Notes: generated by a model from the letters alone, not told the origin. A stretch of 64,000 bases of DNA from Candidatus Calescibacterium sp. (GCA_025057615.1 JANXBF010000001.1:67185-131184); one strand, 5' to 3'. Counted from the stretch's first letter, positions 48,871 to 59,282 are shown. Translations and numbers: made by a program.

Positions 48871-50488
48871 ACTCTCCCCTTTTCATTAAATCCCTTAACT
48901 CCAACATTAGAAACTTTTTGTATAAATTGTTGATTAACTTCTTAAAGTATGATTCCTTTTGTGAAGCATCTAAATCAATGGAAACCTTCACAACAATTTT
49001 TAACACTTCTGTTAAAAGTAACTCATGGATTATATACTCACTAGGATCAACATTTTCTTTTATGCATTCTACTAAATATTTAAACAACTTTGATGATATA
49101 TCCTTTTGCTTAAATAGATCAAAATCAACGTTTTCGTAGAACTTTTTAAAAAGATCAAAATTTACCAATGCAAAAACCAAGAAATAAATCTCCAGTCCAT
49201 ACTTCTTTATCACCTCTTCTTCTTCAGAAATCTGTTTGTTATATCCAGACATCATTTTAGTTAAATACTTATAACTAACGGAAGTATCCAAAGAGAACCT
49301 TTTAATATACTCGTCTCTTACAACTTTTTTTCTGATAGCTTTCAGAAAAGGTATAACATATCTTTCCAAAAACTTCTGCTTTTGATGGATATCAGGCTGA
49401 TTAACGTAACAACCTATCATATATGTTATATCTTCTAAAATAAAACGATTTATATTTTTTATAATCTCAGGATTATTCAGATAAGCTTCATGAGGATCCT
49501 TATATTCTCTCACCACCGCTATTTTCACATTTAAACCATGGGAAACCAAATTTATTATATTATTTATAGTTGAGTCTTGACCAGATTTATCAGAATCCAT
49601 AAATAACACAACTTTATCAGTATATTTCTTTATTATATCTATCTGTTTATCTGATATAGATGTTCCCATCAATCCAACAGAATTTTCATATCCAGATGAA
49701 TATAAAGCCCAAACATCAAAATATCCCTCAACTAAAAATGCAACTCCATTAGACCTAATAGAATTCTTAGAAACATTTATACCATATAAAGTATTTGTTT
49801 TTACTAAGCCAATAGTATTAATGTATTTTACTTTGGAATCATCAATTTCTCTACCTGAAAAACCTATTATTGTTCCATTTGCAGCATAAATAGGAATAAC
49901 TATTCTCCCGGCAAGTATTTCATAAAAATCTTTACCTTTCTTATATAACAAACCGTATTCATATAGTTCCTCCATTTTTATACCTTTCTTTTGGGAAAAA
50001 ATTTTCAAATTCTCTACATTCTTAGGACAGTAACCAAGTTTATAGTTTTGAATAACCTCTATTTTTATCTTTCTATCATTTAAATAATCTCTTGCCTTCG
50101 ATCCAATAGAAGATTTAAGTAAAATATTATGATAAAAATCTGCCAATATCTTATAAATTTCATGATTAATATTTCCCGAATTAACCCTTTTCAAAAACTT
50201 AGAATCTTCCTGTATATCAATAGAAAGCATATCAGCAATAAATTTCACAGACTCAAAAAAAGAACAGTTTTCTAATTCCATGACAAAATTGAAAATATCA
50301 CCACCTCTATTACATCCAAAACAATACCACAAACCTTTTTCTAAATCAATAGACATTGAAGGCTGAGAATCAGGATGAAATGGACAAACAGCCATATGAG
50401 TAGAACCAACCTTCTTCAACTTTAAAAAACTGCTAAAAAAATCTCTATAGTTCACCGTTCTCTTTATCTTAAGAATTATATCATTCAT
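48824..50488 (-). CDS. dnaG: DNA primase DnaG
   Basis: The zinc-ribbon motif CPFHPDSQPSMSI...WYCFGCNRGGD is present. A TOPRIM region (EGYFDVWAL..., DSDKSGQ) is present and the length is 554 aa. Confidence 0.9.
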   Translation of the reverse strand: MNDIILKIKRTVNYRDFFSSFLKLKKVGSTHMAVCPFHPDSQPSMSIDLEKGLWYCFGCNRGGDIFNFVMELENCSFFESVKFIADMLSIDIQEDSKFLKRVNSGNINHEIYKILADFYHNILLKSSIGSKARDYLNDRKIKIEVIQNYKLGYCPKNVENLKIFSQKKGIKMEELYEYGLLYKKGKDFYEILAGRIVIPIYAANGTIIGFSGREIDDSKVKYINTIGLVKTNTLYGINVSKNSIRSNGVAFLVEGYFDVWALYSSGYENSVGLMGTSISDKQIDIIKKYTDKVVLFMDSDKSGQDSTINNIINLVSHGLNVKIAVVREYKDPHEAYLNNPEIIKNINRFILEDITYMIGCYVNQPDIHQKQKFLERYVIPFLKAIRKKVVRDEYIKRFSLDTSVSYKYLTKMMSGYNKQISEEEEVIKKYGLEIYFLVFALVNFDLFKKFYENVDFDLFKQKDISSKLFKYLVECIKENVDPSEYIIHELLLTEVLKIVVKVSIDLDASQKESYFKKLINNLYKKFLMLELRDLMKRGEYEKTREIQEKLRKFA

Positions 50489-50491
50489 AAA

Positions 50492-51403
50492 CTAATTCAG
50501 TAACATAACAATGCAAATAGTTAGCTCTTTATAGTCAGTCAAAACATCAAAATTCAATAATTTCAAATAGATATCCGGATAAATATTTGTATATTTTAAT
50601 ATTAGTAAAACACTGTAATATCTATAAGTATCTGGTCTATTGAAAACAAAGTACGAATATTTTTCATGCTCAAGTAATTTTGAGTTTCTACCAGTTATGT
50701 AAAGACCGACAGTAGATGTTACAAATACGCTCGGAGAAGAAGAACCAAGAAAATAATTATAAAACTTCTCATCTCTATAATCCAGCGATACCAATAATCC
50801 TATACAAAAGGAAGTTAATACAGGATCAGCAGATAGTTTAGAAGCTTCCTTTAACTTGTTTATAATGTAATCTCTTGCAAACTTCATGGTTGGCTGTTGC
50901 AGTAAATCAATAATCCATTTGTAATTAGGGGGGATATTCTTCAATAATTCTTTAAAGCTTTCACCTAGAGCTTGTGAAACTTCCCTACTTACCTGTGTAT
51001 AGTAATAAATAGTTGAAATATTCTTAATGTAAATATCATTACTTAATTTAGCATTTTTTAGATAAAAAGGCTTATTATTTTCATCCAAAGTAGCTTTTGA
51101 CAAATAATAGGCATCAGAAGTTAGAAAATTATTTTTCAAAACCTCCTCTATCTTTTCTCTTCTGGATACCAAATTCTGATAGCTTCCACCCCAAGAAATG
51201 TAATCCCTTATACACATGATCATAGGTTTAATATGAGATTTAGAAATATTATAATCCAATCTTTTTAGAGAGTGTTCGGCCATATCTCTGGAATAAGAAT
51301 TCAACTTATAATCAAAAAAAACAAGAAAATATAAATAAATTAAGACAACCTCCATAAAAATAGATGTCATTGAAATAATTATCAGATTTTTCAAATTTTG
51401 CAT
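50492..51403 (-). CDS. hypothetical protein (303 aa) with an N-terminal TM segment
   Basis: The ORF is co-operonic and shows no recognised motifs. Confidence 0.4.
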   Translation of the reverse strand: MQNLKNLIIISMTSIFMEVVLIYLYFLVFFDYKLNSYSRDMAEHSLKRLDYNISKSHIKPMIMCIRDYISWGGSYQNLVSRREKIEEVLKNNFLTSDAYYLSKATLDENNKPFYLKNAKLSNDIYIKNISTIYYYTQVSREVSQALGESFKELLKNIPPNYKWIIDLLQQPTMKFARDYIINKLKEASKLSADPVLTSFCIGLLVSLDYRDEKFYNYFLGSSSPSVFVTSTVGLYITGRNSKLLEHEKYSYFVFNRPDTYRYYSVLLILKYTNIYPDIYLKLLNFDVLTDYKELTICIVMLLN

Positions 51404-51405
51404 CC

Positions 51406-52797
51406 CTATTCTGCTATGATAACAATGGAATATTTAGGAGTCTTCCTTTTCATAAATAGAATTTTACCTTCTTTACTTTCATGAATAAGAGTAACTGTAT
51501 CATCCTTTTGATGCTTTAAATTATATTTCTCCAAATCTTTCAATCTTTTATCTTCTTTCAAAATTAAGAAAGCTATATCATAAACAGATTTAGATGAGTA
51601 CTCTCTTATTTCTCTATTTTTATCAACCCTTTTTTTTTCAAAAATTTTAAAGGTTTTCCTAACAAATTCTGGAGTATAAATAAACTTTTCAATTTTATTT
51701 TTTTCTTCATTATTAAATATACCTATTAAATAGTTTTTAAATTTGTTTTTTACGATTAAATCATGATAGTTAGAATATAAGAATTCAGTATTATAAAGAA
51801 GTAATTTTATGTAAGCCTGCAGGTAAAAAATAGAATTACTAAAATCTTCCTGTGTAAATATGTTATAAAAATTATAGAATAAATCATAATCCACTCTATA
51901 TTTTTTTATTTTCCCCAATTGATTATTATAATGAAGAGAGAACTTTTTATCTTTTAATTTTTGTATAAATCCTGGGTGAAGAGTGGTATTTTTGTCAGCT
52001 CCCAAAACACCAACCCTCAAACACAGATCAATTTGGGTCTCAAAATCCCAAATTTTGGTGGCCAAAAAGTCAATAGCCCTCTTTTTAGTAATATTCTGGG
52101 GATTACTTGTCAAAAATATACCATACAATACAAATGGGCTATCCATCTGGATAAAATTATCTTTTATGGAGAAAATTTTTGCACCATCATCATTAACATT
52201 CCCAACCAAAGAATACAGATGAGATTTTACTTTCATATTCTTTAGATAATTATTATAGAAATTAACATAATCTATCGTGTTTATAAGACCGTTATAAACA
52301 GCAAGAAACTCAATAATATTGAGATTTTTGACACTTGGAAATAATTCTTTATAATAAAAAGAATAAGCAAAAAATGGCAAAAACTCAACACTACCATTAA
52401 CATAACTTAAATCCTTCATAAAATCAAAAGTGTAGGTCTTAAAAACGGCAAAAAATGTCGGCGTATTCTTAAAATATTCATCCCAAAATCTCACTCTCCT
52501 GTACTCTTCTACAATTTTCCTCATCTGCACAGGAACAATCAATATATCAATGTTATCATTCTGATCTTTTAGAACATTACTCAAATCCATTATATTATTA
52601 ACGTTATGGTAATTAATGTCAAATAAAGAAAGAACCTTGGATTGTTTATATTTATCAATGTGCTCAGCGATTACCGAGTAAATTTCAAGATGGGGAATAT
52701 ATGAATAAACTTTAATCTTTTCTTTGGTAAATACAAAGCAAAATATAAGTATAAAAGCCATTATGACTATTCTAAACATAACTATTGTCCTTTCCAT
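51406..52797 (-). CDS. hypothetical protein (463 aa) with an N-terminal signal/anchor
   Basis: The ORF is continuous and shows no recognised motifs. Confidence 0.4.
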   Translation of the reverse strand: MERTIVMFRIVIMAFILIFCFVFTKEKIKVYSYIPHLEIYSVIAEHIDKYKQSKVLSLFDINYHNVNNIMDLSNVLKDQNDNIDILIVPVQMRKIVEEYRRVRFWDEYFKNTPTFFAVFKTYTFDFMKDLSYVNGSVEFLPFFAYSFYYKELFPSVKNLNIIEFLAVYNGLINTIDYVNFYNNYLKNMKVKSHLYSLVGNVNDDGAKIFSIKDNFIQMDSPFVLYGIFLTSNPQNITKKRAIDFLATKIWDFETQIDLCLRVGVLGADKNTTLHPGFIQKLKDKKFSLHYNNQLGKIKKYRVDYDLFYNFYNIFTQEDFSNSIFYLQAYIKLLLYNTEFLYSNYHDLIVKNKFKNYLIGIFNNEEKNKIEKFIYTPEFVRKTFKIFEKKRVDKNREIREYSSKSVYDIAFLILKEDKRLKDLEKYNLKHQKDDTVTLIHESKEGKILFMKRKTPKYSIVIIAE

Positions 52798-53276
52798 TTT
52801 ATTTTCTTATTTTTTTTTAAATCCTTAGGAGAAAACTTTTCTTTGAATATATCATTCAATAATACAATTTTTTTTTGAAATTGTTGATTATAGATAACAA
52901 TAGGTATATCTTCAATAAATTCTGATATTACTTGTCTACAAGCCCCGCAGGGAGATACAAAATTTTTTACAGGAACAAACAGAGCTATAAATAACCAAGA
53001 AACTTCATTATCTCTTGGAGCCAATCCCTCAGAAATGGACTTAAAAACAGCATTCCTTTCAGCACATATGCTCAAACCATATGAAGAATTTTCCACGTTA
53101 GAACCTCCAACATAATGTATCTTATCCTGTTTTCTAATTACCAAACATGAAGAAACCTTAAAATTAGAATACGGACTATAAGAATTAGAGTTGTAAAATT
53201 TCAACACATTGACCACTTCATTTTCAAACGGGATCAAAAGTTTCTCAAATTCGTTCATCTCTGTTCCCCTTAACAA
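52782..53276 (-). CDS. cdd: cytidine deaminase
   Basis: CAERNAVFKSI...PCGACRQVISEF are the zinc-binding motifs of the cytidine/dCMP deaminase family. Confidence 0.85.
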   Translation of the reverse strand: MLRGTEMNEFEKLLIPFENEVVNVLKFYNSNSYSPYSNFKVSSCLVIRKQDKIHYVGGSNVENSSYGLSICAERNAVFKSISEGLAPRDNEVSWLFIALFVPVKNFVSPCGACRQVISEFIEDIPIVIYNQQFQKKIVLLNDIFKEKFSPKDLKKNKKIKWKGQ

Positions 53277-54414
53277 TTGAAGTTATAATCTCAGCACCCT
53301 TTTCAGCAGAGTCAGTAATTTCAAAATTTATTCTTTCCTTCAGCCTTTCCAATATCTTTTTACCTTCCTCATAATTGGTTCCCTGAAGTCTAACAACCAA
53401 TGGAACATTATACTGTTTTTCATTGTAAGCCTCAATAATTCCATTGGCAACCTCATCACATCTCGTTATACCACCAAATATGTTAATAAATAATCCTTTA
53501 ACTTTGGGATTCTTTAGGACTAAACTTACACTATGTTTAACTCTCTCTGCTCTAGCTCCACCACCAATATCAAGAAAGTTTGCTGCTTTACCACCAAATA
53601 AGCCTATTAAATCTATTGTATACATAACCAAACCCGCTCCGTTACCTATCACTCCAATATCACCATCCAGCTCAACATAAGCCAACCCCAGCTTCTTAGC
53701 CTCTTCTTCTAAATCAGATCTTTCTTCATCCTCTTCTAACTCATCCTCTATAAACTCAAGAGCATTCTCATCCAAAATAATTTTTGAATCCAAAGCCAAT
53801 AACTTTGAATTGGAAACCACAAGAGGATTTATCTCAGCTAAAACACAGTGATTCTCTTTGAATAACCTGTATAACCTGGTTGCAATCAATTCCATCTGTT
53901 TGACATAATCCATATTTTGGTTGTATACCCTTAGTATAGCATCCCTTATCTGAAACTCAAATAAATCCAGATTTTTAAGATATTCTTTTGATATTTTTTC
54001 TGGTTGGCTTTCTGCAACCTCCTCTATATCGACACCGCCTGCAGGAGAGAAAATAAACATAGGCATAGACGAAGACCGATCTATTATAAAACTCATGTAA
54101 AACTCCTGTTCTATTGGATAATATTCATCTATCAATAACTTTTTTACCTTAACACCTCTTATTTCCATGTTGAATATTTGTTTTGTATACTTCATGAATT
54201 CTTCATTATTATTTGCTACTTTTATACCACCTGCTTTTCCTCTTCCACCGACTTTAACTTGAGCCTTAATGACGACTGGATAGTTCAGTTGCTGCTGTAG
54301 TTCCTGAAAAAATATATAATCATTTTCTTGGTCCTTTTTTATTAATATACCCTGGCTAGTAGGTATACCATATTTTTGAAAAAGTTTTTTCCCCTGGTAT
54401 TCATACAAATTCAT
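53245..54414 (-). CDS. sucC: succinate--CoA ligase beta subunit-like ATP-grasp protein (SucC homolog) with no adjacent alpha subunit
   Basis: The N-terminal MNLYEYQGKKLFQKYGIPTS matches SucC MNLHEYQAKQLF. GGITRCDEVANGII matches SucC GGIVRCD, and the length is 389 aa. Confidence 0.7.
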   Translation of the reverse strand: MNLYEYQGKKLFQKYGIPTSQGILIKKDQENDYIFFQELQQQLNYPVVIKAQVKVGGRGKAGGIKVANNNEEFMKYTKQIFNMEIRGVKVKKLLIDEYYPIEQEFYMSFIIDRSSSMPMFIFSPAGGVDIEEVAESQPEKISKEYLKNLDLFEFQIRDAILRVYNQNMDYVKQMELIATRLYRLFKENHCVLAEINPLVVSNSKLLALDSKIILDENALEFIEDELEEDEERSDLEEEAKKLGLAYVELDGDIGVIGNGAGLVMYTIDLIGLFGGKAANFLDIGGGARAERVKHSVSLVLKNPKVKGLFINIFGGITRCDEVANGIIEAYNEKQYNVPLVVRLQGTNYEEGKKILERLKERINFEITDSAEKGAEIITSIVKGNRDERI

Positions 54415-54427
54415 CTTTTGTCCTCCT

Positions 54428-55801
54428 TTAACTATCTATTATTTTCATTATTTGTTCTCTAAGTTCTTGTCTTATACCTTTGGATATATCCTGATTTGTT
54501 CTTTCTTTGTATTTTTTTCTAAATTCACTCTCAAGATCTAATAGATCTTTTAGAGATTTTTTAAACCTGTTTTTGTAATAGACATCTCTTGAATTGTTAT
54601 ATCCTTTTAGAAGTATTTCAGCACAGGTATTAAAATCTGACTCTTGTTCAAGGACTATCCAGGCCAAACGAACATAAGGTTCATACTTAGTAGGATCAAT
54701 ATCTATAGCTTGGTAATAATATTTTTTAGAATTTTCGAATTGTTTTTGGTACTCATAACACATTGCTAAAAAGAGGTTCGCATAAAAATCTTTTGGCTTC
54801 TTATTGTAATATTCCAAAGCCCAATTTATAGCCTTCGAAGTAAATCCGGTATCTATTGCATAGGTTATTGCCAAAATATAATATTTATCATTATTTTTAT
54901 TTAAGCTCAAGGTTTTATCATAGTAATTAATAGCCATATTGATATCTCCCAATCCTTCATAAAACTGTGCCAATTTAAGATAATATCTATCATTTTTTTG
55001 TTCATTCAGTTTTTCTATTAATTCCAATCCTTCGCTTGATTTTACCCTGGAGTCTTTATAGGTAAGCCCCAGAATATAGTAAGCCTCCAAATTATCATTA
55101 TTCTTGGATATGAACTCCCTTATAATCCTATTAGCTTCAATATACTCAGAATTGAAAGTCAATGACTTAGCATAAAACAGCTTGACAATATCATATTTCT
55201 GAATATAAGGCTTCATCAATTTTATTATCTTGGAATATCTTTTATTCTCAAAAAGTATTTGATTATAAATTTTCAAAAAATTTTCATTGAGAGTGTTTTT
55301 TGATTTTAAAATTTCAAAGGTTTTATCAAGCAGTTCTTCAGATTTTTCAGTTTCAGATTTATCATAATATAGCTGTGCAAGTACCACCATAGACTTTTCA
55401 TTATCCTGATCATAAACAAGTGACTCCTTCAGAAAAACCTCAGCATTGTATATATTAAGATTTACATAATATTCAATATAACCATAACAGTACAGTATTT
55501 TGGAAAAGTTTTTGTTTTTGTTAGAAATATTCTTTTCGGAATCCACAAAAATCCTTTTAGCTTCTTTCAAAATAGAATTATAATCTGAATTGGTGTGAGC
55601 ATAAATGATAGATAAAGCGGTGTAGTAGTCGATTCCAATTTTTTGTTTATTTTCTTGTAAAATCCTGATAGCTTTGCTAAACTGCTTGGAATCTATTAAA
55701 TCATTAACTTTATCAATAATATCACTTGTATGTGAAAAAGCAATAATAAAAATTATTATTAATATAGTAACTAAACTATTATTTTTGAATTCTTTATCCA
55801 C
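54428..55801 (-). CDS. secreted or periplasmic TPR-repeat protein (457 aa)
   Basis: An N-terminal hydrophobic signal is followed by multiple TPR-like Y/A/L repeats. Confidence 0.55.
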   Translation of the reverse strand: MDKEFKNNSLVTILIIIFIIAFSHTSDIIDKVNDLIDSKQFSKAIRILQENKQKIGIDYYTALSIIYAHTNSDYNSILKEAKRIFVDSEKNISNKNKNFSKILYCYGYIEYYVNLNIYNAEVFLKESLVYDQDNEKSMVVLAQLYYDKSETEKSEELLDKTFEILKSKNTLNENFLKIYNQILFENKRYSKIIKLMKPYIQKYDIVKLFYAKSLTFNSEYIEANRIIREFISKNNDNLEAYYILGLTYKDSRVKSSEGLELIEKLNEQKNDRYYLKLAQFYEGLGDINMAINYYDKTLSLNKNNDKYYILAITYAIDTGFTSKAINWALEYYNKKPKDFYANLFLAMCYEYQKQFENSKKYYYQAIDIDPTKYEPYVRLAWIVLEQESDFNTCAEILLKGYNNSRDVYYKNRFKKSLKDLLDLESEFRKKYKERTNQDISKGIRQELREQIMKIIDS

Positions 55802-56634
55802 TGTTCTAACCTCTGGGAATTTATTTTTACTTTTCCGTTCTGTATTTGGATGTAATTCATTTTTTGCAGTTTTTTAAAATTCCTCACTATAACCTCATGA
55901 GAATTACCCGTTATATAGGATATCAATTTCTTGTTATCTATTAAAAGTTCATCTGAGTTATTGTTTTCTTTGAAATACTTGACAAGAAAATATATTAACC
56001 TATTTATACTATCGAGAGATTTATAGTTTATCAATTCAACATAGTATTCCCTCATTTTCTTTCTTTCCTGATCTGCAGTATATTTTTTCAATATTTCTTG
56101 TGTCTCCTGATTATGAGGAACCAATATTAATTTAGTTCCACGAGGAAGAACTAAAAAACATTCAGGAACAATATTAATAATTTCCATATCAATCATATGA
56201 TTTGGGTAAAAAATATCAATAACGATCTTTCTGTAGTTATTTTCAATCAAAAAGAAAGCTAAATTAAATTTAACAAAACAAAAATAATTGAATAAAAACT
56301 TATACTTTTTGTTATTCAATCCATCACTGGATAACCTTATGGTTTTTCTTATATTTTTAATTTTTGATGATTCTGCAATAGACAACAATTTCTTTTTGTC
56401 TAATTCCTTAAAATACGGATTTGAATATAAGAATTTATATATTAACTCTTTATCATTGGATTTATTTTCTTCTTTTTTATGAGCAACTGTGGGCTTATTA
56501 TTTAATGAAACATTTTTTGGTAAATTTTTTAATTTACTTTTGTTTTCCCTCTGACTATCATTACGTTTTAAAGCTTTCTTACTTTCCTTCTTGATATCTT
56601 TTCTGTTTTTCTTTTGTTGTCTTATATTCTTCAT
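55771..56634 (-). CDS. putative Crp/Fnr-like transcriptional regulator with a lysine-rich N-terminal disordered extension
   Basis: The C-terminal HTH-like segment ISYITGNSHEVIVRNFKKLQKMNYIQ resembles the Crp family DNA-binding helix. The N-terminal 65 aa are K/N/S-rich. Confidence 0.4.
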   Translation of the reverse strand: MKNIRQQKKNRKDIKKESKKALKRNDSQRENKSKLKNLPKNVSLNNKPTVAHKKEENKSNDKELIYKFLYSNPYFKELDKKKLLSIAESSKIKNIRKTIRLSSDGLNNKKYKFLFNYFCFVKFNLAFFLIENNYRKIVIDIFYPNHMIDMEIINIVPECFLVLPRGTKLILVPHNQETQEILKKYTADQERKKMREYYVELINYKSLDSINRLIYFLVKYFKENNNSDELLIDNKKLISYITGNSHEVIVRNFKKLQKMNYIQIQNGKVKINSQRLEQWIKNSKIIV

Positions 56635-57200
56635 TATTTACCTACCTTCAGAAAATTAAGTCTCATATAAATACGTTCTATATATATTTTCTTTTTGAAT
56701 ACTAAAATACCTTTGTCATCGAAGTACACACTGGCAACAAGGCGAATGAAATTTTTTTTCATTAAATCATATTTTTCTAAAGTCACATTAGAGTGTCCCT
56801 GAAAAACTTTTCCCTCGTAAAAAACCCAAGAATCCCCATTTTTTATCTCAATATCAATCTTTTCATCGTTGTTCAATAAATATTTAAACAAATCAAAATT
56901 GTAAAATAAAATCTGGAAATTTGAAATATAACGGAGATAAATACCAATTTTTATGTTAACATAATCCTTTTGAATAACCATTTCAGAAACAGATCTACCC
57001 AAAAATAAGCTAATCCTATTGCCATTATCATTTAACATCAACTGAATGGAATTACCATTAAATGTTGGTAAAAAACTCTTATTTTCATAAACACCGTACT
57101 CCGGCGGTTTACTAACTAATATGTTATTGAAAATCCAAAACAAAATTGATAATAAACAAAAAATTATCATAAATTCGAAAACAAAAAAAGATTGTTTCAT
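56634..57200 (-). CDS. hypothetical membrane-anchored protein (188 aa)
   Basis: An N-terminal TM segment is the only recognisable feature. Confidence 0.4.
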   Translation of the reverse strand: MKQSFFVFEFMIIFCLLSILFWIFNNILVSKPPEYGVYENKSFLPTFNGNSIQLMLNDNGNRISLFLGRSVSEMVIQKDYVNIKIGIYLRYISNFQILFYNFDLFKYLLNNDEKIDIEIKNGDSWVFYEGKVFQGHSNVTLEKYDLMKKNFIRLVASVYFDDKGILVFKKKIYIERIYMRLNFLKVGK

Positions 57201-57272
57201 ATTATTTAAATACTATAAAACTTCAACAATTTCTTCTTAAAGGGTTGAAAAGAAGAAAAAATAATTCTATTA

Positions 57273-59282
57273 TTGAAAGACATGGAAATATTAGAACAAA
57301 TATACAACATAGAAATAGACAAAGATTTACCAATAGAAATAAGAGAAAAGTATCATATACCTTTAGAAAAAATAGAAACTATAAGAAAAAAATTAGCAAA
57401 CATAATTGATGAATTTTACATCTTATCAACTTGCAATAGAGTATCATTTTATTTCATAAACAACAATACTAGCCCAGATAAAATACAACAACTCATATTC
57501 CCAGATATAAACTGTAAATTCAGACAAGGTATAGAAGCAATAAAACACTTTTTTAAAACTGCCTGTGGGTTAGAATCACAAATATTCGCAGAAACAGATG
57601 TAATACATCAAATAAAACAGTATTACAAAAATCAAAAGGGATTTATTAATCACTTCTTGGAAGAAATGATAAACTTTTCATTCTCAGTCCACAAAGATTT
57701 CCATTCCTCAATATTACCGAAAATCAAAAAGGAAAAGCAAAATTTGGCAAACATAGTGCACAATAGGATCAAAAATTTACCTCCAGATACGCCAATAATC
57801 CTGATAGGATATGGGTTTGTTAACAAATCAATACATAAAAAAATAAAGAATGATTTCAGAAATATCACTATATTTTCAAATAATCACAAAGGAGCTTATC
57901 CCAAACATAAATTACTACCAAAACTGAAAGAAATAGAACATACCTGTGTTATAATATCAGCAACAAATACAACAGAGTTCATCATTGAAAAGGATTATCA
58001 TATTCCTCCCGGTGCATTAATCTTTGATTTATCAGTTCCAAGAAGTATCAACCCCCAAATATCTAATAATTACATAGATCTAGACAAACTGAAGGAAAAC
58101 TCAACAAATGACATATCAGATGAAAAAATAATACATACATTTCTTAATCAAAAAGTAAATGAATTTATAAATAAAATTGTATCATCAGAATTAAACTCAA
58201 ATATAAAAAAGTTCTATGAAATACCTTTACAAATAGCAGACAACAAGATTAATCAATACTATAAAGAATTGATAAACATTTTTAATACGTCAGATGAAAG
58301 AAAAATAAAAGAATTCTTCAAATATGTAAATCAAAAAATAATAAACAAAGCTCTAGAAGAACCAATAAAAAAAATTAAAGAACTATATATTATAAATAAA
58401 AAGAGAAAAATAATAATAGGAACAAGAGGATCAAAATTAGCGTTAGCACAAACAGAACAGATTTTGGAAATGCTCAAACTCTATTTCCCTGAATTTGAAT
58501 TTATAATAAAAATTATAAAAACCAGTGGGGATAAAAACATATATACCAACAATTCTTTTGTTAAAGAGTTGGAAGAAGCCTTGGTAGTAGAAGAAATAGA
58601 CATAGCAGTCCATAGCTTTAAGGACTTGCCCTATAAAATAAACGAATATTTAGAGATAGCAGCCGTACCATTGAGAACCACACCCAACGACGTCTTAATT
58701 ACAAAAGATGGTAAAAATCTCTGGGAAATGCAACCCAATTCTATCATAGGAACCTCAAGTCCAAGAAGAAAAACACAACTACAAAAACTCAGAAAAGACA
58801 TAATAGTAAAAGAAATAAGAGGAAATATAGACACAAGAATAAAAAAGCTCTTCCAAGGAGAATATGACGGGATAGTAGTAGCATATGCAGGAATAGAGAG
58901 ACTAAAATTGGAAAAACTCATAAGCCATATATTCACAATAGAGGAAATGGTGCCCGCACCAGCCCAAGGAGCAATAGCATTACAAACCAGAAAAAAAAGC
59001 TTCATAACCCAAATACTGAGAAAAATAGATAATCCTCAATACCGACAAGAAACAGAAATAGAACGATATTTCATGGGGTTGATGAACTTGGGATGCTCAT
59101 TTCCACTCGGAGCCAATGCACAAAAAAAAGAAGATAATAACATAGAATTCCATTACTTCGTAAATATCAACAACAGAATTTATAAAGGGAAAACTATAAA
59201 TCCCCAAATTTCAGAAATAACAGATAATATAAAGCAAAGCTTACTACAACAGTGCTATATTCCTTCTCTCCATTTCTATTAA
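57273..59282 (+). CDS. fusion protein with a glutamyl-tRNA reductase (HemA) N-terminal region and a hydroxymethylbilane synthase (HemC) C-terminal region
   Basis: The HemA catalytic block ILSTCNRVSFYF and substrate block ACGLESQIFAETDVIHQIK occupy the N-terminal half. HemC IIGTRGSKLALAQTE...SGDK and the cofactor Cys block LGCSFPLGANA occupy the C-terminal half. The ORF is continuous over 669 aa. Confidence 0.65.
   Translation: MKDMEILEQIYNIEIDKDLPIEIREKYHIPLEKIETIRKKLANIIDEFYILSTCNRVSFYFINNNTSPDKIQQLIFPDINCKFRQGIEAIKHFFKTACGLESQIFAETDVIHQIKQYYKNQKGFINHFLEEMINFSFSVHKDFHSSILPKIKKEKQNLANIVHNRIKNLPPDTPIILIGYGFVNKSIHKKIKNDFRNITIFSNNHKGAYPKHKLLPKLKEIEHTCVIISATNTTEFIIEKDYHIPPGALIFDLSVPRSINPQISNNYIDLDKLKENSTNDISDEKIIHTFLNQKVNEFINKIVSSELNSNIKKFYEIPLQIADNKINQYYKELINIFNTSDERKIKEFFKYVNQKIINKALEEPIKKIKELYIINKKRKIIIGTRGSKLALAQTEQILEMLKLYFPEFEFIIKIIKTSGDKNIYTNNSFVKELEEALVVEEIDIAVHSFKDLPYKINEYLEIAAVPLRTTPNDVLITKDGKNLWEMQPNSIIGTSSPRRKTQLQKLRKDIIVKEIRGNIDTRIKKLFQGEYDGIVVAYAGIERLKLEKLISHIFTIEEMVPAPAQGAIALQTRKKSFITQILRKIDNPQYRQETEIERYFMGLMNLGCSFPLGANAQKKEDNNIEFHYFVNINNRIYKGKTINPQISEITDNIKQSLLQQCYIPSLHFY

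Noticed and set aside
59244-59282. The 39-bp convergent overlap between the hemAC ORF and the PriA-like ORF as a sign of a miscalled stop or frameshift
   Set aside because: Both reading frames end on clean stops and the C-terminal residues of both look plausible, so the overlap is likely genuine. It is noted inside the PriA-like finding.
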